Shown in pieces: positions 55,401 through 64,000 of a stretch of DNA of 64,000 nucleotides. Position numbers and translations under genes: made by a program. Source of the DNA: the human T2T-CHM13v2.0 reference genome, Homo sapiens; the NCBI RefSeq assembly GCF_009914755.1, contig NC_060937.1, one strand, 5' to 3'. Position 1 is the first letter of the stretch; the number at the start of each line of letters is the position of its first letter. The notes beneath the pieces are model-generated. The model was not told the DNA's origin and did not search any database. It saw only the letters and a list, made by a program, of their open reading frames with translations.

Positions 55401-57492
55401 GTGTATCACATTTTAAATGTTTTTATTACATGTGAATCTCTTATAAATGTAGACTATTCTGAATTTTCTGTAAACAGTTCTTAAGATGGAAACTATATGG
55501 TCTCCATCTTTTCAGTATATTGTCATTCAAGACAGTACATAGTACATACTGGCTGCTGAAGAAAAAATCAGATTGATCTATTTGAAATCTTCATACCTAT
55601 ACAGGTGTTTCAGGCTATATGAGTCCATACTGGACACCAGTGAAAGTTAAAGAAAACAGTTCAGAGATTTGGTCACATCTTTCAGGTATGACTTCTGAAG
55701 GATATGTGGATACACATCCAACGTCCCCACTTAGCATGCCTGATTTTGCAAGGTAGAAACACTGGCTCACAGTAAAGAGCCAGGAAAGTAAGGAGGCAAA
55801 ACACTGTGATATTAGAGAAGTAATGACGAGATAAACACTTAGGCAGCATTGGTTCCAGTGCAAGGTCATTGTTCGTTAATACTTGTACAGATCACTTATT
55901 AACCACCCAGAAAATTCACTTCAAGTTTTCAAGCTGCATAATACTCAAAATCATTACCTGAATATAGATTAGGAGATGCGGGCTTGCTGCATAGAGAGTT
56001 AAACCACAATGTTGTAAACCACAAGCTTCATTGATTCTGAAAGTGGAGATTATTCCATGTATGACTTATCCCACCCTACTCACCCCACCATAATATTTCT
56101 TTTTCCAGCCTATTTTTGAAAGCCTTTAAGAAGGATTCAGCACTGCACACCAGAAGGACAAGTTGGAGTGTGAAGTATGTCACCTTAGGCAGTGGAAACT
56201 TTTGACTTGAGTGCCCACTAAACAGTGACAATTGTGAGTTGGCAAGCCTTCTGGATCTGCTTCTCTAGGCATCTTTTAATCCCTTGCAGAGCCTAGTGTG
56301 GCACCTCCTTGCACAATAAAATGTCAATTATTTTAGTTTTTTTTGTTGTTTTGTTTTTTAGTTTAAACTACCTGTCATTCAGACTCATTATCTAATGGGA
56401 TGGGGTTAGGAATTTACTCAGTGCACTTCAGATAAACAAGATAAAAATAATGACTATCTTATAGCCAAATTTACCTTACCTGGGAGGCCCCTTCCTAATG
56501 ATGGCTGCAAAAAGTTCCATTTACCAAGTACCTATAGCTCAGTATCTTCTGGTATAAAATAAGATTTATATTGCGGTAAACATTTAATCCATTCAAAGTT
56601 CAAGCTTTTCTCTTTCTCCCATCATAGAGGGCCTCGCCTGTCTCTGTTCCATGTGAGATGCCCTCTGGGTGCAAGCAGATGCTTAAGTGTTCACATGGGA
56701 GTAAAGACCTTTGTTTACTTACTGTCCTCTGGGATTTTGCCTGCATTCTCTGCAATATCTCACCCTATCTGGTCACTGAGCAAGCTAGCGGGTGTCCACT
56801 GATGTGTGGCTGGTCCTGCCTTGTGCTCTGAGCATTGTACTGGTATCAGTATCTGCACTGATAGAGTCAGAGGTACCATCACCTCTGGTCATCCTGACCC
56901 TGACTTGATCCTGTGGCCTCTGTTCTTACTCATGCTTCTCTTAGCCTACAACTTCCCTCAGCACTCACTTATCCCCCAGTGGAGCACATGGGGCTTCTAT
57001 ATCCTTGGATTGGGGAGAAACATGGGTACTGTCTCCATCCATCCACCTAGACAGTCCCCCCAGACAATTGTACTTCTACCCCCATGCAAGTTGGAACCAT
57101 AATGCTCTGGCATCTTGACCAACTCAGAATGTCTCTAAGGGGCTTGCAAACTGCCGGATAAATGAGAAGCAATACCTCTAAGGGGTGTTTCTACTGTACC
57201 TCTTCTCAGAACATCAACTCTATAGTTAGGGATGGCAGAAATTTAAGACACTTCTGAGCCTTCTCTCTTTTCGTATTTTTTCTTCTTCTCTATTTTCTCA
57301 TTTTCTCCCTTTCTTTCTCCCCCAACTCGGCTCTTTCCCTTGACTCTTGATGGGCTCTGTGCTACTTTTCAGCTGGCAAGAGCTGCTCCTATATCCTATC
57401 TTCTTTATATCCTCTGAAGGGCCTCATCCACCCCTTCCTTGGCTGCAGGGATTATGAAAAGGCTGTAAGGAAAAAAAATCTGGGTTGCTGCA

Positions 57493-57826
57493 CAGTTGGC
57501 CCTTGCTAACTGTGGGTTCTGCATTTGTGGATTCAACCAACTACAGATTGAAAATATAAGGAAAAAGTGAATGATTGCATCTGTACTGATTTTTTTGGTC
57601 ATTATTCCCTAAACAATATAGTACAACAGCTATTGCATATCATTTATGTTGTATTAGGTATTAGAGGTAGTCTAGAGATGATTTAAAGTATATGTATATA
57701 AGAGGATGTGCATATCCTATATGCAAATGCTATGCCATTTTATGTAAAGGACTTGAGCATCTGTGGATTTTGGTATCCTTAGGGAGGTCTTGCAGCTGAT
57801 CTGCCACAGATACTAAGGGATGACTG
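57493..57826 (-). mobile_element. MER2, full length
   Basis: cagttggccc...ggattcaaccaac...tctagagatgatttaaagtata...ggattttggtatcc...gatgactg. Confidence 0.87.
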
Positions 57827-57829
57827 TGT

Positions 57830-58148
57830 TTTTTTTTTTAGGGCTGATATAAATAAGTACCACAATCCAGAAGGCCAGAGTATAAAATCAAGGTATTGCA
57901 GGGTTGGTTCCTTCTGAGGGTGGGGAGGGAGAATCTGTTCCAGACCTCTTTCCATGGTTTGTAGATGGCCATCTTCTCCCTGTGTCTTTATATCATCTTC
58001 CCTGTCTATGTGTCTGTGTTTAAATTTCCTTTTATTATAAGAACACTCATCATATTGAATTAGGGCCCACTCTAATGACCTCATCTTAACTTCATTAGCT
58101 CTATAAAGACCTAATCTGCAAATAAGGTCACATTTCAACCTAAAACAA
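57830..58148 (-). mobile_element. MLT1B/C MaLR LTR with internal deletions
   Basis: agggttggttccttctgaggg, gatggccatcttctccctgtgtct, ttagggcccactctaatgacctcatcttaac, caaataaggtcacatt. Confidence 0.85.
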
Positions 58149-58704
58149 TTACCAGGAAGGGAAAATACATTGGTAAGCATTTCACAATATTTCTGTTATC
58201 CCATCACATTAAATCTGTACATTAGGATGGAGCAAGAATGCTGTTAGTACTCTGGGGATGATTGCCTTTGATGGCTTTAAATGTAACTGAAAGTTGTCTT
58301 AGCATTTTCTTATACTGTCACTGACACTCTAAGGTAATAACTCTATTAGTGAAGATTTGGACTGGGGTGTAACTGGAAGGGGCAAACCCTTTGCTACATG
58401 AGGTTCCTGATCTTTTAAAAAGTAAGAAAAGGGGGCCAAGAGATGAAGCCGATGTTATATTTTTCCCTGGTAAACTTGACACTACGTCAACCCCTGCTAC
58501 ATCTTAGTAGGAGAGCTGAAGGGAGAGTATTTGAGCCAATGAATAGGCAGCAGTGAGTAGAGCTGATGGTGGAGGATTAGGCAAGGAACATGGTTTGTGG
58601 GAGTCTGGTGGTGACAGTAATCAGAGTGGTTGCTTCATTCACTGAGCAATCATGTTCCAGACAATTCATGTATTCATTCATTTTCTGTTCTGTAGGGGCA
58701 GTGC

Positions 58705-58955
58705 CCTACAGTGGTTGGAGACATGAACTCTGGAGTCAGCCTTGCACGGCTCCAAATCGTACTTCTTCACTGACTTATTTTGGACATTTCATTTAATCTC
58801 TCTTTGTTTCAGTTTTCTCATCTGCAAAATGGGTTTAATAATAATAGTATCTATATTTTAGGGTTATTGCAATGATTGAGTGAATTCATGTATGTAGAGT
58901 TAGGAAAAGGCAAGTCATATCATAAGCACTATATAAGTGTTATCTACTGTTATTA
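58705..58955 (+). mobile_element. MIR
   Basis: actctggagtcag, tcagttttctcatctgcaaaatggg, taagcactatataagtgtta. Confidence 0.8.
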
Positions 58956-58959
58956 AAAA

Positions 58960-59980
58960 TATTAGGGGCTAGGTGATGGGGAATCAAACTAAGATATCTA
59001 TTGCACCCTGAAGAAACTCACAATCCATGGAAGGAAATAAGCATCCAAACACACAATTGCTATTGAATGATGAGCACTATGCGTAGAACGCTATGGGATT
59101 TCATAAGAGGGCATCCAGTGCATCTCATTCACGTTGTGAGCCTTAGAGAGGGCTTTCTGTGGAGAGGATGCCTAATTTAGATTTCAGATGATAAGTAGGA
59201 ATCATCTAGGTCAGTGCTTCTCAAACTTTAGCATGTATCAGAATCACATGGAGAACATGTTAAAATACAGATTCCTGAGCCCCATACCTGAGATGTTGAT
59301 TTGTCTGTGTGGGAAGGGGCCTGTGCATTTGCATTTCTAACAAGCTGCTGCGGTGGACTCTCTAGATGAAGTGGCAACGATCTAGGGGAGGAAGAGAAGT
59401 GGGTGGGGGAATTCTGGGCAACTGCAAGTGGCCCGGTATTGCTAATGTTACAGTGCATGTGGGTTGAGCAGTGTTAGCAGAGAAGAATAAAACATGATCA
59501 TGGACATGAGGACACTAAGTGTCTTATTCTGTTTTAGGAGCTTGGACTTGGTGATGCTGGAGTCATGAGAGAACCAGTGGAAGGATTTAGGTGGGGGAGC
59601 AAGAGTATCAGATTTTCAATCTAGAAATAGCACTTTACCAGTAATGGGGAGTTTGGATCTGAGGGAAAAAGCTCAGAAAGTAGGAAGGCCAGTCATTCTT
59701 GCTATGATTCCATGAAGAAAGGATGAAGACTCCAGCTAGAATAAAAGGAGACAGAGACCAGATTTGTTAAGGGGACAGTTTTGACAGCATTTGGAGGTAC
59801 AACTAGATATGGAAACTCAAGGAGAAGAGGCAAGTCAGTGATGCCTCCTATGATTTTTGATTTGAGTCATTGGAATGGGACAGGCATGATGGTGGAGGGA
59901 GAGAAATTCATAAGTTCATTTTTGGGATGTGTTGGGTTTAAAGTGCCTGGAAGATATTCAAGAAGAGATGCCCTATAGGC
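58960..59980 (-). mobile_element. L2 fragments interrupted by MER5A
   Basis: aggagcttggactt, ccagtggaaggatttag, atcagattttcaatctagaa, gagttc-like core ttcatttttgggatgtgttgggtttaaagtgcct. Confidence 0.6.
59212..59365. mobile_element. MER5A hAT-Charlie MITE
   Basis: cagtgcttctcaaactttagcatgtatcagaatcac...ttgcatttctaacaagct. Confidence 0.85.
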
Positions 59981-61229
59981 TGATCCATGCCTTGTGCTTA
60001 TCCATGCTTTGTGCTTTATACACGCTGTGTTTAGCACTCAACTAACAATGGAAGAGGCATTACGGTCCCAATTATACAAAGGAGGGGCTGGAATTCACAG
60101 AAGTTTTGTGGCTTACTCAATATCAAAGTCAATATTTGATATATATGATCCAAATCTAAATATCCAAAATTTTGCAGACATTTTGGTACAGATTCAAGCA
60201 GCCAGGGACCATGGCTCTTCACTCAGGACACATATTTCATACTTTTGTCCTAGACCTAGAACCTTTAAACATTATATCTTTAAAATGAGCTTATACAGTG
60301 TGAATGTTTGAAATAACACTGGAGCCCAGGGTTGCTATTTGTTAATCACATGTTAGAAAATACACTACCATTCAGTGAAATCTTGAATATATTCTAAATG
60401 ACTATAATATCTACGTTAGAATTCACCAGAGTCTTGGAGAACTCTCTGCTTCAAAGATTTATAATTTGGCCACATTTGCTAAATTTCTTTTAAAGTTAAA
60501 AGTTGTTAATGTTTTCTACTTATGAATACAATAATCTACATATTATATTGTAAAACAGTATAATTCAACTTTGGATATTTTAAGTTATAGAAGGGTAAAG
60601 GGAAAACTAGTGGCTTCTAACTTAAACACAGTTTCAAGCTAAGATAAGAAATTTTGTGGGCCATTAGTTCCTTAGCTATTTTCTGTAAGTGTATAAATGT
60701 ACTAAACTGGTAAGATACTGAGATTTAAAGAACAGCACAGTTATCATCAGTCTTCATGCAAAAGAGCTGTCTATAATGAATGACTTGATAACAGAGATTC
60801 TATTCTAAGGGAATGCTGAAAGTCATTGGGTGTTTCTTGGTGGAACCCAAGCTCATTACCCTCTGACGGTGGGATACATAACATGGCCAAAAATCTGACT
60901 TTAGCTTTTGGCTGGAGTGCTACCTTAGGAGACTGCTACCAGAGACTGGATGTTTTTTTCTATCAAGAAACATGAAAGAAAAAAGAGAGATTCAAAATAT
61001 ACTCTTCTAATATTTTTTACTTGAGGAAGTAAGGCAGTGAAATGCCTTCTCTGCAGACACAGATGTACGTGGGTGAATGTAAAAGGCAGAAAAATGAAAA
61101 GAATTGAAATAACATCCTATCTGCAGCTTTAAGTGAGCAAAACCACAAACAGAAGTTACTTCTAATCTAAGTTAGAGTTGAGTCTAACTTAATAGTAGTT
61201 ACTATGATGTAGTTTTAAAGAACCTCAAC

Positions 61230-61440
61230 TCTGTATTCAGGAAGACTACCCTAAAATTCCACCAATTAGTATCTATGTGAACTTGGGCATATTTCTTAAC
61301 TTTTCTAGGCCTGAACTTTCTTAACTTATAAAATGAAAATAATATTTACAGCCACTTCAATGTGTTGCTGTGCACAATAAATGTTTTCAAAGTGCGTAGC
61401 CTAATGTCTGGTCTGCTCATACTCAGCACAAGCATTTACT
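61230..61440 (+). mobile_element. MIR
   Basis: ctatgtgaacttgggca...cttaacttttctaggcct...tataaaatgaaaataata. Confidence 0.6.
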
Positions 61441-62539
61441 CTTATTCTTACCATTTGGGCATATCTAGGAAAATGCAGCTGACAATTCATTCCAAGATAT
61501 CTTGGTTCTTTTTGCCCTGCCTTCTATTAGAAAATCACTGGTTGCCCTGAGGCTCTAGTTGAGCCCTACCTCAAGAATCCTCTTCTCCACCAACAAATTG
61601 TATTTGGTAAAAGCAGAGAAAGGGGCGTTATGGTATGGGATAGAGTCAGAGCATGGACAACCTGTGGATCTGGGACATCTTTAAGTCTAAGTGGGGGGCC
61701 CCTCCCTTCTCCACAATGGGTGGGGCTTTCTTTTCGGTCATTCTTCTTTTATCTCTCTCCTACATTCTCAGTGCCTTCTCCATTCTCTCTTATTTAGTTC
61801 TATTTATTTCTTATTTCTTTTCTAGTAATAGCCTGAGCTAGTGAGAGTTGGGCTGACAATGTACTCACCCCAACTGGGCTATTAGCCCTGTGACACGGCC
61901 ATTCATTTATTTAGCTCCATAAACCCTCAAATTGGGGAAGTGTGGATAGAAGCAATTCTTAACTGAGCTGTGCTGCATCAGTGCTGGGCTCTCATTCCTC
62001 CATCATTTTTCTGAGTTCTCCTTGCTAACCCTTTTTTGCTGCCATTTTTCTTTTGGTTCTCATCTTCATACATGGTTCTCTATTCCAGTCACTGGTGCAA
62101 CTTCGTCTTGCTGAGAGCCTTCTCCAACTGCTTCCATCCTTTCTGCTTCAGAAACTGAACTCTTCCTTAGCTAGTTTAAAAATTTTGTTGCTTATTCTGC
62201 ATGTAGTTATTACTATACTAAATTGGTGTATTTGATTCTGTACTAAAAGTTGTATGTAGAACAAATATTGAATATCTTCAAAAGCTATATTGATAAATAC
62301 TGTTTCCACTTTTGGCAACCCAGCTTCCCCTCAAAGGATCTGGATAATCCTGAGTTCTAACAGAGGCTTCAAACGAACTTCCATAGTTATCATCTTGGGG
62401 AAAGGATGCTTTTCTCACCACCCTGAGGAACATCTTCGCTGCTCACACCTGTAGTCTTTCGTAAGAGTGTACACATTGTGTTATTTCTTAAGGAAACATT
62501 TACATGCTGATTAGACAGTCTTATCTTTCTTCTTTCTTT

Positions 62540-63762
62540 CAGAGGCAGAACCATGCTATGAGCAATCCTGAAGCTTAGGCAATATTTGGGACCTCTTTAA
62601 GAAAAGGAATACAAAGTTGCAAATATAAAATTAATATTCATCTAAAATAAAAATATACGACAGCAACTTACAATTTTTAAAAGCTGACAAAACCACAATC
62701 ATCAGTTTATAAAAAAATTGTATCCCTTCATTAATTTACCACTTGACACACCAACATTTTTTCTATATTATTGGTTATGTGCTTTTTAATTGCCTATTTA
62801 TAGGGCAAAGATTTTGTAACTCTCTCTATATATATCAAGAGAAAAATAAAATCCATTCTTTCCTCTATTACAATTGATGGAATTTGTCTTTCTATTGACA
62901 ATTCAAAAAAGTGTGTTCTTGCTACACTTTTTATTATTGGTAGTGTCATGCTAAGGCACATAAGAATATATAAAATGTGGATTCACTCACAGACGTATTT
63001 GCTGTTTGTAGACTGTTACAGGTTTGCACCCTACAAACACAGGGATACTGATAAATTCTATTTGGTACAATTCCCATTACAGAGAAAATAAACATAAGAA
63101 TCTTTATAATGGAATAATCTGCATTAGCTAGAATGCATTAGCCTGAGAGGCGAGAACTTCCATTTTGACTCGGCATTAGGCAGATTCCCTGCTTACAATT
63201 TTACATATCCAATACTTGAAAGAGTTTTCTACAGACTAGCTTCTGGCTCCAGGTGTTTCAAGCTTTGTTTCTTATGCACTCCCATCTACTTTTGGAGCCA
63301 GGCAGCATAGCCCACATTCATTTGGTGAGGTTATCTTTGGGATATATGGTACCTTCATATAACGAGGCTGTTGAGTTGACACAAAGGGCAATAGGAATTT
63401 TCCTGGAAGCCATTTCTATACTAGGATGATTGAAAATAGCAGCTATATAGCAAGTGACTGCAAACTACATACATATATTCTGCCAGATCCAAATACATCC
63501 TAAACTCAACTTACTTTAATTGGATCCCAAATTACCCATGGCCACTCCAATGCCCCTGAACACGAGGGCAAGTATAACAGAGGTGGAGTCAGAATGAAAA
63601 GAGAAAGATGTCTTAACTACTTGCAGTTAAAATGTCTCTTGATAATTTCACAAAATTACAAAAGCACATTGCTAGAGCCCCTCTCAAGTGCTGGGAAAAG
63701 CCTGTGTGATTGCAGGGCCCTGACACTTAAGTTTCATTAGTCTTACGGTAAGTCCATCTCTG
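62540..63762 (-). mobile_element. hAT-Tip100 DNA transposon remnant (Zaphod/MER115-like, tentative)
   Basis: Right end read on the minus strand is cagagatggacttaccgtaagactaatgaaacttaagtgtcagggccc; left end cagaggcaga...ctctttaagaaaaggaatacaaa. Confidence 0.6.
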
Positions 63763-63804
63763 CCTGTTACCTGCCTGCTTGCCTTTTCCGTTCTTGCTAC
63801 CCTC

Positions 63805-63925
63805 CAGGTCTTTCTTTTTCCTTCCTTATTTCTTCCATCCCTTTCTCCATCCCTCCCTCCCTCGCTAACTGCCACCCTCCCTCCGTTCCTCCCTCTCTTC
63901 CTTCCTTCCATCTTCCTTCTTTCAT
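63805..63925. repeat. CT-rich (CCTT/CCCT) low-complexity tract
   Basis: Almost pure pyrimidine on the + strand. Confidence 0.85.
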
Positions 63926-64000
63926 TGAAGAATGAGTAGAAGCATAGTGATTAAGATGGGTTGCCTGAATTGACATTAAAGCTGCATTACTTAACTGTGT

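Overview
This is primate nuclear DNA, most likely human or another great ape, judged from AluY, L1PA2, THE1 and MER41 copies. It is AT-rich, CpG-depleted and intronic or intergenic. I find no credible cellular protein-coding gene, rRNA, tRNA or CRISPR array. The long ORFs I could trace come from Alu, L1, ERV or microsatellite sequence; the rest look like chance ORFs. Much of the window is recognisable transposon debris, often nested. The most structured feature is a decayed 4.3-kb class III (ERV-L-type) provirus at 44332-48619. It has two LTRs, a perfect AGAGC target-site duplication (TSD), pro/RT(YIDD)/RNaseH/IN remnants and no env, and it sits inside an L2. Other items worth checking: a 5'-inverted L1PA2 with a very large junction gap, an AluY that reused the TSD of an older L1PB, two pre-miRNA-sized hairpins, a microsatellite carrying inverted copies of its own flank, a MER41B with a GAS site, and several candidate + strand exons. 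I see no good evidence of a new biological system. Subfamily names were assigned by eye from remembered consensus sequences and need RepeatMasker/Dfam confirmation.
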